DNA of 61,470 nucleotides, filler included. It is 7 parts of 7 records of this genome, joined end to end, with 100 filler letters (N's around TTAATTAATTAA, not from the genome) between each part and the next. Parts side by side here need not be neighbours in the genome. Positions count along the whole stretch, not along the records: positions 48,754 to 61,470 come from SRR31156797_41211; 6 more parts are not named here. One strand, written 5' to 3'. Under the pieces are notes generated by a model. The model searched no databases. It was not told where the DNA came from and saw only the letters and a list, made by a program, of their open reading frames with translations. The position numbers and the translations under genes were made by a program. Of this stretch, positions 51,757-60,137 are shown in pieces; position 1 is the first letter of the stretch, and the number at the start of each line of letters is the position of its first letter.

Positions 51757-52493
51757 CAAGCCTTCCTCCGCCGCCGAAGAAAAAGCTCGGCCTTGTCATC
51801 GATCTCGATACCTGCGTTGGTTGTCACGCCTGCGCCGTCAATTGCAAGGAATGGAATTCGGGCGGTCACATGGCGCCGCTGACCGACCGCGAACCCTACG
51901 GCGAACCGGTCGTCGGCGTCTGGTTCAACCGCATCCACAGCTTCATGGCCGGCGAGGGCGATATCGGACGGACTGTCCATTTCCCGAAATCCTGCCTGCA
52001 TTGCGAAGAAGCGCCCTGCGTCACGGTCTGTCCGACCGGCGCCAGCTTCAAACGCGAAGAGGACGGCATCGTCCTCGTCAACGATCAAAAATGCATCGGT
52101 TGCAGATTGTGCAGCTGGGCCTGCCCCTACGGCGCCCGGGAATACGATTACGACGCCGGCGTCATGAAAAAATGCACGCTTTGCATCGATCGCATCTACA
52201 ACGAGAATCTCGACGAGGTCGACCGGGTGCCGGCTTGCGTTTCCACCTGTCCGGCCAATGCCCGTCATTACGGCGATCTGAACGATCCCAATTCCGATGT
52301 CTCACATCTGGTGCGCGAACGCGGCGGCCAGGACCTGATGCCGGAAATGGGCACGCAGCCGGTCAACAAATATCTGCCGCCACGGCCGCGCAAACGCAAA
52401 GCCGAAGATATCGGTGCGCCCGAACAACTGACGCCGGCCTCGCGGGAAGGGCACCCCTTCCTGCATTGGCTCGACAAGACGTTGTCACGATAG
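51753..52493 (+). CDS. soeB: SoeB iron-sulfur subunit
   Basis: IDLDTCVGCHAC and three further 4Fe-4S motifs; ATGA overlap with soeA. Confidence 0.92.
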   Translation: MTSLPPPPKKKLGLVIDLDTCVGCHACAVNCKEWNSGGHMAPLTDREPYGEPVVGVWFNRIHSFMAGEGDIGRTVHFPKSCLHCEEAPCVTVCPTGASFKREEDGIVLVNDQKCIGCRLCSWACPYGAREYDYDAGVMKKCTLCIDRIYNENLDEVDRVPACVSTCPANARHYGDLNDPNSDVSHLVRERGGQDLMPEMGTQPVNKYLPPRPRKRKAEDIGAPEQLTPASREGHPFLHWLDKTLSR

Positions 52494-52508
52494 GGGAGGG
52501 GAAAAGTC

Positions 52509-53456
52509 ATGCATCCGGCATTTTCGGTCGTTCTTTTCACCACCTCGCATGGTGCCGGTTACGGCATGCTGGCGCTGCTGGGTGTCTTGGGGCCGCTAGG
52601 CTTCGTGCCCATCGATCCCTGGTTCGGGTTGGGCTCCTTCGTGCTGTCGCTGGGCGCGGCGACCCTGGGGCTGATGGCCTCGACCTTCCATCTGGGCCAT
52701 CCGGAACGGGCCTGGCGTGCCTATACGCAATGGCGCTCTTCCTGGCTGTCGCGGGAAGGCGTGCTCGCCACCATCACTTATTTGCCAGCGATCCTGTTCG
52801 GTTTCGGCTGGATCGTTTTGGGCGACGTTTCCGGCATCTGGGGCGCCTTCGGGCTGGCATCTGCGGCGCTGGCCATCGTCACCGTTTTCGCTACCTCGAT
52901 GATTTACCGGTCCCTGGATACCATCCACGCCTGGGCCAACGACTGGGTGCCGCCGATCTATGTCGCCAATGCCATTCTTTCGGGCGCCATCTGGTTCAAC
53001 ATGATGCTGCTGATTTTCGACAAACCCTGGCCCGGCTTTGCTTGGTTCACGTCCGTCGCCATCGCCGTCGGCTGGGGGCTGAAGATCTGCTATTGGCATT
53101 TCATCGATACCACCCGCCATCCCAGCACGCCGGGAACGGCGACTGGGCTGTCGGCCTATGGCACCGTGAAACTGTTCGAAGCTCCGCATACGGGCGAGAA
53201 CTTCCTGCTGAAGGAAATGGGCTACAAGGTCGCCCGCAAGCACGCCCAGAAACTGCGGCTATTCGTACACGCAGCCCTGTTCGGCGTGCCCATCGCGCTA
53301 TGCGCGCTGACCGCATATCTGCCGTCGGTGTGGGGCGCCGCCGTGATGGTTTTCGTCTTTGTGCTCAGCGGCATCGGCATCCTGGTCGAGCGCTGGCTCT
53401 TCCTGGCCGAGGCCAAGCACGTCGTCACGCTTTATTACGGCGCCGAGTCGGCTTGA
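52509..53456 (+). CDS. soeC: SoeC DmsC/NrfD-type membrane anchor
   Basis: MHPAFSV, STFHLGHPERAWRA..QWRSSWLSREG, ERWLFLAEAKHVVTLYYG. Confidence 0.92.
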   Translation: MHPAFSVVLFTTSHGAGYGMLALLGVLGPLGFVPIDPWFGLGSFVLSLGAATLGLMASTFHLGHPERAWRAYTQWRSSWLSREGVLATITYLPAILFGFGWIVLGDVSGIWGAFGLASAALAIVTVFATSMIYRSLDTIHAWANDWVPPIYVANAILSGAIWFNMMLLIFDKPWPGFAWFTSVAIAVGWGLKICYWHFIDTTRHPSTPGTATGLSAYGTVKLFEAPHTGENFLLKEMGYKVARKHAQKLRLFVHAALFGVPIALCALTAYLPSVWGAAVMVFVFVLSGIGILVERWLFLAEAKHVVTLYYGAESA

Positions 53457-53566
53457 TCCCATACGCATGGAAACGAGCTGTTTGGTTATTCTCTGTGCGG
53501 ATGCTATCATGAGTTGATTATTGTGCTGGAAGATATATCGAATTCTCGCCGAATTCAGGAGATGTC

Positions 53567-55555
53567 ATGCCGTCATCTTTAGGCATTGAGGATCACGATA
53601 ACACACCGACTCATCAGCCTTCGCCCACCATGGTCAATGCCTATTTGTTGGCGGCGGCGATCTCGTTTCTTTTCTTTGTCTGGGTTGGATTTCAAGAGCA
53701 TTTCGGGCCTGATGATTGGCTGATATCCGGTTTTGAAGGTTACTTCCTTCTATTGATTTTTGTGCCGATGGTTTTCGTTCGGGGAACCTGGGCTCAACCA
53801 GAAAATGGAGACGGTCCCCCAACCAAAGACCGTGTGTTATTCGGTATCGCGTTTGTCGTGGTTCTGACGGTTGCTTTGGCTTCTCCTGGATTTTCAGGCT
53901 CTTATTCCATTCTGTTGAACGCTGGCGAATCCGGAGATTATCCCGGCATCGAATTCTCACTTCCCATCGCCCTCGCGGCATTGGCGATCGGGGTATCGGC
54001 CTTGGTCCGAAATCGGGATCGCGCGCTAGCCGTTACCGCGATTGTGGTTTTATGTGTCATTTTCGGTCTGTACGCCAACTACCATGAAATGCCCTTACAA
54101 CTGAAAGGGTATGTAAGTCTGGGCGAACTAACTTACCGCACTCTATTTGTCAGCGCTCCACAGGTTCTATTTGGCTCGGTCGTGGCTCTGATTTTTCTTT
54201 CCATCACGCTGGAGAAGACCGAACTCGGTAATCTCTTTATTTCAAGTTTCAAATCTCTATTCGGAACGCTGCGGGCCGGGGCTGCCAAGGCCGCACTTCT
54301 GTTGGTTGTTTTATTGGGAATTCTGACTGGCGATCCGGAGCTTGTTTTTCTTTGGACCTGCGCCATCACAATTCCGGCTATGCGAATGGGAGGGCTGAGC
54401 CGACCAGGAGCAGCGGCGATTCAAGTAACGGCTTGTTCCGGTGCCTTGATAATGCCTTTGGTTGTCGGGAAAGGAGCCTACATTGCGGCGGAATTTCTGG
54501 ATATCACCTACACGGAAGTTCTTGTTTCCGGTGCCCTGATGGCTATGGCATGGGTGTTATCCATATTGCTCGGCATCGATGGTGCCGCTGCCCGATCCCG
54601 GAACGCCGATGAAAACATCCGCGAATTAACTTTCAGAGGACGCTCAATAGGTCGCTGGGGAGGTGTAGCGGTTGTTGTTTTAGGTATCGTCGTGCTGCTT
54701 TATTGCGCCGCGAAACCCGTTCTCGCGATCCTGCTTGCATTTTTATTGTTGATTGCGGATCGCAGAATTGTTGGCGGTGCTGATTTCTTGCCGACGCTTA
54801 AGACCGCAACAGTTCTTGCGGTTGAACGCGTCATATCTGCCGCGCCGATGTTCTTCGTTGTGGGTTTATTTTGGTATGCAGTCGGATTTCTCTTTATGCC
54901 TCTGATTGGCAACGAGCAGATTTCTCGGTTCACATTTGAATTGATCGATGCTCCGGCCACAATCAAGGGATTGTTTATCTCGGCCAGCGCTTATCTTTTT
55001 GGGTGGGGATTTACGTCAAGCGGTGGAACATTGACCATCTTAATGACAAGCATTTTTAGCGGCTTTGTCGGTGCAATGGCATTGATTGCACATTTTTTGT
55101 CGGTTGGCGTTTTCTTCGCCTTTCCGTTCGCAGCAGGAACTATTGCCGCCGCCGCCATCTCCGGCGCTTCCCCTTTGTCGGTTTTCGCCCATGCCATCAA
55201 ATTGGGCACCGTTGTTCTGGTCTTTCCCGTTTTCGCCGTCATTAACCACGATCTGACACCACGGCAATTTGGACCGGATGTGATCCCCATCGGTTTTGCC
55301 GTATTGGCGGCGGTCTTTTGTTGGTCTGTTGGGGCCTATGGGTATCTGTTCGGACTCGGTGATCTGAGGCGGAATGGCCGTATGGAATGGCCGATTCGGC
55401 TGCTGTTCATAGTCGCCGCCTTAGTTCTGCCGCTAACCGGCAGCAACGTGTTCGGTTGGCCGTATGCCGAATTGCCGATTGGTGCCGGTTGTGCCTTATT
55501 GGCTCTGCTGCTGGCGTCCAACACGGGCGAAGCGACAGCCCCGCCGGAAACGTAA
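53567..55555 (+). CDS. Divergent TRAP (TAXI-type fused DctQM-like) permease
   Basis: Many TM helices; AAAIQVTACSGALIMPLVVGKGAYIAAEFLDITY resembles the fused-TRAP motif; more AT-rich than flanks. Confidence 0.65.
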   Translation: MPSSLGIEDHDNTPTHQPSPTMVNAYLLAAAISFLFFVWVGFQEHFGPDDWLISGFEGYFLLLIFVPMVFVRGTWAQPENGDGPPTKDRVLFGIAFVVVLTVALASPGFSGSYSILLNAGESGDYPGIEFSLPIALAALAIGVSALVRNRDRALAVTAIVVLCVIFGLYANYHEMPLQLKGYVSLGELTYRTLFVSAPQVLFGSVVALIFLSITLEKTELGNLFISSFKSLFGTLRAGAAKAALLLVVLLGILTGDPELVFLWTCAITIPAMRMGGLSRPGAAAIQVTACSGALIMPLVVGKGAYIAAEFLDITYTEVLVSGALMAMAWVLSILLGIDGAAARSRNADENIRELTFRGRSIGRWGGVAVVVLGIVVLLYCAAKPVLAILLAFLLLIADRRIVGGADFLPTLKTATVLAVERVISAAPMFFVVGLFWYAVGFLFMPLIGNEQISRFTFELIDAPATIKGLFISASAYLFGWGFTSSGGTLTILMTSIFSGFVGAMALIAHFLSVGVFFAFPFAAGTIAAAAISGASPLSVFAHAIKLGTVVLVFPVFAVINHDLTPRQFGPDVIPIGFAVLAAVFCWSVGAYGYLFGLGDLRRNGRMEWPIRLLFIVAALVLPLTGSNVFGWPYAELPIGAGCALLALLLASNTGEATAPPET

Positions 55556-56015
55556 AAAAGACGGCGTAATTCGTTGTGCCGACCAAAACACACCACTCTT
55601 CCCGTTTCCCGTCGGGAAACGGCGTGCTTCGGTTCAGCTCTAATTCGAGTCGGTTCTTGTTTGAGGTCTTTTTCTAGGGCGCCAGGGAAACCCAGCCGAC
55701 GATTACGATCCACAAGAGCAAAATGGCGGTGGCGCGCATCACAAACGATTGGCGCGCCAGGGATTTTTTGGATTGCATCCTTATCAAACCCACTGTCGTT
55801 GCTGTTGTCGGGCGGTTTTCTTTCGCCCTTTCGCCTTCCAGTCTTCCCAAACGCGGGACCCCCATACCGGAATGCGGCGCGCAATTAACCCTAAACAAAG
55901 TGTGATTTCAAGCCTTGAATTCGGAAAAATTTTTTGGCCGCTTTTCCCGTGAAAAATGGATGCGGTGTTTCTATACTCCGCGCCTTGGTTCCTATTGGTT
56001 TTGGTGGATTTTCGC

Positions 56016-56999
56016 ATGCCCGCAGATATTCAGAAGCTTCTCGATTCCCGTTTGACCGACGCCCACTTTCCCGAACTGCCCAACTTCGAACGCGGCAAGG
56101 TGCGCGATTCCTACGATCTGCCGGATGGCCGTCGCATCATGGTGGCGACCGACCGCCAGTCGGCCTTCGACACCGTGCTGGCTGCCGTTCCCTACAAGGG
56201 CCAGGTGCTGAACCAGACGGCGCGCTTCTGGTTCGAAAAAACGGCCGACATCTGCCCCAACCATGTGGTCGACTATCCCGATCCCAACGTCGTGGTCGGC
56301 ACCAAGCTTTCCATGCTGCCGGTCGAAATGGTGGTGCGGGATTACCTGACGGGCGCCACCGACACCGCCATCTGGACCATGTACAACAGCGGCAAGCGGG
56401 TGGTTTACGGCCACCGCCTGCCGGACGGCATGACCAAGAACCAGAAGCTTCCCGGCACCATCCTGACGCCGACCACCAAGGCCACCGGCCCGGGCGGCCA
56501 CGACGAACCGATCACGGCGGAAGAGATCGTCGAGCAGGGCCTCTTGACCCAGGCACAATGGGACGAACTGGCCCGCACCAGTTTGGAGTTGTTCGCGCGG
56601 GGCCGCGAAATTTCGGCCGCCAACGGCCTTATCCTGGTCGACACCAAGTACGAGTTCGGGGTTAACGAAGAAGGTGTCATCACCCTTGCCGATGAGGTCC
56701 ATACGCCGGATTCAAGCCGCTTCTGGCATCTGGGATCTTACGAATCCCGCCTCGCCGCCGGCCAGGAACCGGAATCGCTTGATAAAGAGTTTTTGCGCCT
56801 GTGGGTAACGGCGCGGTGCGATCCCTATAAGGATCCGATCCCCGAAATTCCGGGCGAAACCATCGTCGAATTCAGCGACAAATACATCCAGTTGTACGAA
56901 ACGGTGACCGGCCAGGACTTCCAGCGCCAGCCATTGGATCAGCCGACACGGGATCGCGTCGAAGCCAACCTGAAGAAGGCCTTTCCCGAGTACTTCTAA
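56016..56999 (+). CDS. purC: SAICAR synthetase
   Basis: GKVRDSY, TDRQSAFD, PVEMVVRDY, LVDTKYEFG, DEVHTPDSSRFW. Confidence 0.96.
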   Translation: MPADIQKLLDSRLTDAHFPELPNFERGKVRDSYDLPDGRRIMVATDRQSAFDTVLAAVPYKGQVLNQTARFWFEKTADICPNHVVDYPDPNVVVGTKLSMLPVEMVVRDYLTGATDTAIWTMYNSGKRVVYGHRLPDGMTKNQKLPGTILTPTTKATGPGGHDEPITAEEIVEQGLLTQAQWDELARTSLELFARGREISAANGLILVDTKYEFGVNEEGVITLADEVHTPDSSRFWHLGSYESRLAAGQEPESLDKEFLRLWVTARCDPYKDPIPEIPGETIVEFSDKYIQLYETVTGQDFQRQPLDQPTRDRVEANLKKAFPEYF

Positions 57000-57008
57000 A
57001 GGGAAACG

Positions 57009-57638
57009 TCAGCTTTTTTCGAAGGCGAGTCGAACTCCGAGCCCGATAAAAACGGCGCCGAGCGTGCGGTTGAGCCAGCGCGCCAATGCCTGGCTTTGGC
57101 GCAGGCGCTGCGTCAGGCGGTTGGCCAGCAGCACCAGTAGCCCTTCCCAAATCAGTGCGATGGCGATGACGATCAGACCGAGCGCAAAGAACTGCGCCGT
57201 TTCGTGGCCGCTGCCGGGCGCCACGAACTGCGGCAGGAAGGCCATGAAGAAGATTGCCGCCTTCGGATTCAGCACGTCGATAATGACGCCTTCGCGGAAG
57301 ATGCGCCAACCGCTGGCCCGGCCCATGGTGCCGGGTTCGATCTCCAAGCCGCCCTTGCTCATCAGTGCGCGTACCCCGAGATAGACCAGATAGGCCGCGC
57401 CCAGATACTTGACCACGGTGAAGGCCACCGCCGAGGTCGCCAGCACCACCGACAGCCCGAAAGCGGCGGCCGCGACATGAACCAGGGCACCCGAGCAGAC
57501 GCCGACGCTGGATAGGAAACCGGCCCGTCTTCCTTGCGCCACTGTCCGCGAAACCACATAGATGACATCGGGGCCGGGGCTGACGTTCAACAGAATCGCC
57601 GCACCCAGGAAGATCAGCATCTCGTTACCCGAAATCAT
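57009..57638 (-). CDS. LysE/RhtB family translocator
   Basis: SPGPD, KYLGAAYLVYLG, LNPKAAIFF. Confidence 0.93.
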   Translation of the reverse strand: MISGNEMLIFLGAAILLNVSPGPDVIYVVSRTVAQGRRAGFLSSVGVCSGALVHVAAAAFGLSVVLATSAVAFTVVKYLGAAYLVYLGVRALMSKGGLEIEPGTMGRASGWRIFREGVIIDVLNPKAAIFFMAFLPQFVAPGSGHETAQFFALGLIVIAIALIWEGLLVLLANRLTQRLRQSQALARWLNRTLGAVFIGLGVRLAFEKS

Positions 57639-57731
57639 CGTCGCCTCGCATAGTTTTCCGCTCGTATGCCGGTCGGGCCACGGTAGATGCCCGGCCCGGC
57701 AGGTTCAATCCGAATCTTGCTGAGCCGCGGT

Positions 57732-58103
57732 TCAGCGCTTGTTGGCGAGAAGGGCGACCTGCATTTCCAGGTGTTTGAGCGCGTGCAGGATGCGGTTGGC
57801 CTGCATCGCCGGCATCAACGAGAGCTTGACCACCAGTGCCGCCAGGATCAGTACGGCGCCGGATATTCCCCAGCGCATCGCTTCCAACGCGTCCACCGTC
57901 GAGAAGAACCGCACCGCCGCATAGAGACCGCCGAAGAATAGCACGATCTGCCAGGCCATCAGGACCCAGTTCGCCCAGCTGCCCTTGCCCCGGAACAGAC
58001 CATAGGCCTGTTCGAAATAACCCTGCTCGCGGTCGATCCTGTCGAGGATTTCTCGGTCCTCGTCATCGAGCGCTTCACTGATCATTTTGTCGAGATTGTC
58101 CAT
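57732..58103 (-). CDS. Two-TM putative anti-sigma factor (DUF6768-like)
   Basis: MDNLDKMISEAL..; overlaps the ECF sigma 3' end; ends LKHLEMQVALL. Confidence 0.7.
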   Translation of the reverse strand: MDNLDKMISEALDDEDREILDRIDREQGYFEQAYGLFRGKGSWANWVLMAWQIVLFFGGLYAAVRFFSTVDALEAMRWGISGAVLILAALVVKLSLMPAMQANRILHALKHLEMQVALLANKR

Positions 58104-58668
58104 GGTCTTCTCCTTCGAGTGCCTCGCGCAGTTTCCGTCGGCCATGCATGAGGCGTGATTTCACGGTTCCTACCGGTATTTCGAGAGCAACAGCCACTTC
58201 GGCGACGCTCATCTCTTCCAGGTAAAAGAGTGCGATCGCGGCACGGTGTTCGGCCGGGAGTTTTGCCAGGGCCTCGCGAACCGGTTTGCGGTCGGTTGCG
58301 TTTTCCATTGCATCCTCGGTCCCGTCGTCCGGCGCCGGTTCAGCCGCAACGGTTTCGTTCGTCTTGCGGGCTTTCTGCAGTCCGGCAATGTGTTTTGCAC
58401 ACCTGCGGGTGATGATGCGAAAGGCCCAGGCGGGAAACGCTTCGGCATCCTTGAGTTTCGGCAAACCGCGCAGAATTTCGATCCATCCGTCCTGAACCGC
58501 ATCTTTTGTCTGATCGGCGTTGCCGAGCAGCCTGAAGGCATGGCGCAGGAACCTTTTCTGATACCGGGTGACGAGTTCATCGCGAGCGGCCCTGTCCCCC
58601 AATTGGGCGCAGGTGACAAGGTAAGCTTCGACGATCTGTCTTGATCTTTGCGCCGCGTCTCTTGCCAT
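58075..58668 (-). CDS. ECF RNA polymerase sigma factor
   Basis: DAVQDGW, FPAWAFRI, MSVAEVAVALEIPVGTVKSRL. Confidence 0.92.
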   Translation of the reverse strand: MARDAAQRSRQIVEAYLVTCAQLGDRAARDELVTRYQKRFLRHAFRLLGNADQTKDAVQDGWIEILRGLPKLKDAEAFPAWAFRIITRRCAKHIAGLQKARKTNETVAAEPAPDDGTEDAMENATDRKPVREALAKLPAEHRAAIALFYLEEMSVAEVAVALEIPVGTVKSRLMHGRRKLREALEGEDHGQSRQNDQ

Positions 58669-58770
58669 CACGAAAGACTCGTCCCCAAAAGGTTTTCGAA
58701 TATAAGGTGGCAGGATTTCGGCATCCGGTTCACTTCGGCACAAAAATTTATGCCGCCTGGTATGGGATAT

Positions 58771-59100
58771 TTACCGCCGCCGCTTCTGCCTTCGGCGCGG
58801 CGTCTTCGGCCAGTCCACATGCTCAGGCGGTTTTTTGCGCACCCAGGCGATGAACCTGGCCATTTCGTCGTGGCGGCGAAGCGTTGCGGCGTTGGCATAA
58901 GACGCGGCCAGTTCGCCGTCCGTAAATAGGCGATGGATCATCCGATGGCAGACCTGATGGACCCAATCCCAGTCCCGGCCGCCTTCGGATTTCGGCACCC
59001 AATGATGCCGATCGAGGCTGGCTCCGGGCACCATGGGGCGCCCGCAAAGGGGGCATTTTTCAAGCGAATCGATAGTCGGTTTCGGAGGGAGCCTGTCCAC
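58771..59100 (-). CDS. Small HNH endonuclease
   Basis: CPLCGR..HHWVPKSEGG..VHQVCHRMIH; GTG start at 59100 with GGAG upstream. Confidence 0.8.
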   Translation of the reverse strand: MDRLPPKPTIDSLEKCPLCGRPMVPGASLDRHHWVPKSEGGRDWDWVHQVCHRMIHRLFTDGELAASYANAATLRRHDEMARFIAWVRKKPPEHVDWPKTPRRRQKRRR

Positions 59101-59260
59101 GATTCTCCACCGTCCGGAAGTTCCACCAAGTGAACTGAAATGTAATTTCACACTATGTGTACAGGTTGAAATTAGCGTTCTTTTTTTTTGATCCAAGCGC
59201 TTTTTGTTGGACGCGACAAATTCGATTCCGGATAATCCGCTCAACAAAAAAACGGTTGCG

Positions 59261-59273
59261 TATCAACAACTTA
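59261..59273 (+). promoter_or_regulatory. IHF consensus site
   Basis: TATCAACAACTTA matches WATCAANNNNTTR with an upstream A-tract. Confidence 0.55.
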
Positions 59274-59597
59274 AGAATTATTCGCAACCAACCGAGTTTA
59301 GGGATCGTGCGACCAAAAGTACGGGGTAGGATCGCCCATTTACCCGTCGGGTCGCCGGGAGAAGTCCGTTGCGGTCCGGGGAAATTTTCCCCGGACCTGT
59401 GCTTTCCAACCGTTGCATGGCGTTGCCTGCAGCCGTCCGCTCGCGCGGCGGCGGAGGCGTCGGTTCGTCCACTCGTTTAACGGGGCGGATCCGGGATCGC
59501 TTTCGTCCGTCGAAGGGCCGGTGCGGGCTGCAAGACGAGTGCGCACCGCAGATCAGGTCGCGGCGGGTACAGCCCGCCGCCGCAACGGAGCCGATGA

Positions 59598-60137
59598 ATG
59601 TTGGATATCGACGTAAAACCGCAGGCCGAATTGGAAGATCAGCCGTTTATCGACGGCGTCATCGCAGAATTTGCCGGCAAGCCCGGCGGGATTTTGAGCA
59701 TTCTCGAACGCGTTCAGGAACGCAACCGGCTCAAATTCCTGTCGTCGGAAGTTCTGAAATACGTCGCCGGGAAAACGGATGTGCCGCTTTCGCGCATCTA
59801 CAGCGTGGCGACCTTCTATTCCTTCTTCAATCTGGAACCGCAGGGCGAGCACACCGTCTGCATCTGTCGCGGGACCGCCTGCCATGCCCGCGGCTCGCGG
59901 GACCTGCTGAACAATTCGAAACTGATGCTCGGCCTGCACGACCAGGATGACGGCGGCGCCGACAAGCTGTCGCTGACCACCGAAGACAAAAAATGGACCG
60001 TACGCACCGTCGCCTGCTTCGGCCAGTGCGCGCTGGCGCCGGTGGTCGAGGTCGATCGCAAAATCTACGGCCGCATGAACGAACGTGAACTGCGCAAAGT
60101 GGTCGAACGCGTCGATCAGGAAGGAACACATTCATGA
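59598..60137 (+). CDS. NuoE/HydC/HoxE-type 2Fe-2S subunit
   Basis: VATFYSFF, CRGTACH, CFGQC. Confidence 0.9.
   Translation: MLDIDVKPQAELEDQPFIDGVIAEFAGKPGGILSILERVQERNRLKFLSSEVLKYVAGKTDVPLSRIYSVATFYSFFNLEPQGEHTVCICRGTACHARGSRDLLNNSKLMLGLHDQDDGGADKLSLTTEDKKWTVRTVACFGQCALAPVVEVDRKIYGRMNERELRKVVERVDQEGTHS

Noticed and set aside
49105-51759. 884-aa antisense ORF (also 51821-53512, 60116-61231, 39914-40870, 44516-45508)
   Set aside because: Shadow frames of well-supported high-GC genes; no motifs.
58771-59100. Defence system or homing element around the HNH gene
   Set aside because: Stand-alone small HNH with no methylase, intron or partner genes visible.
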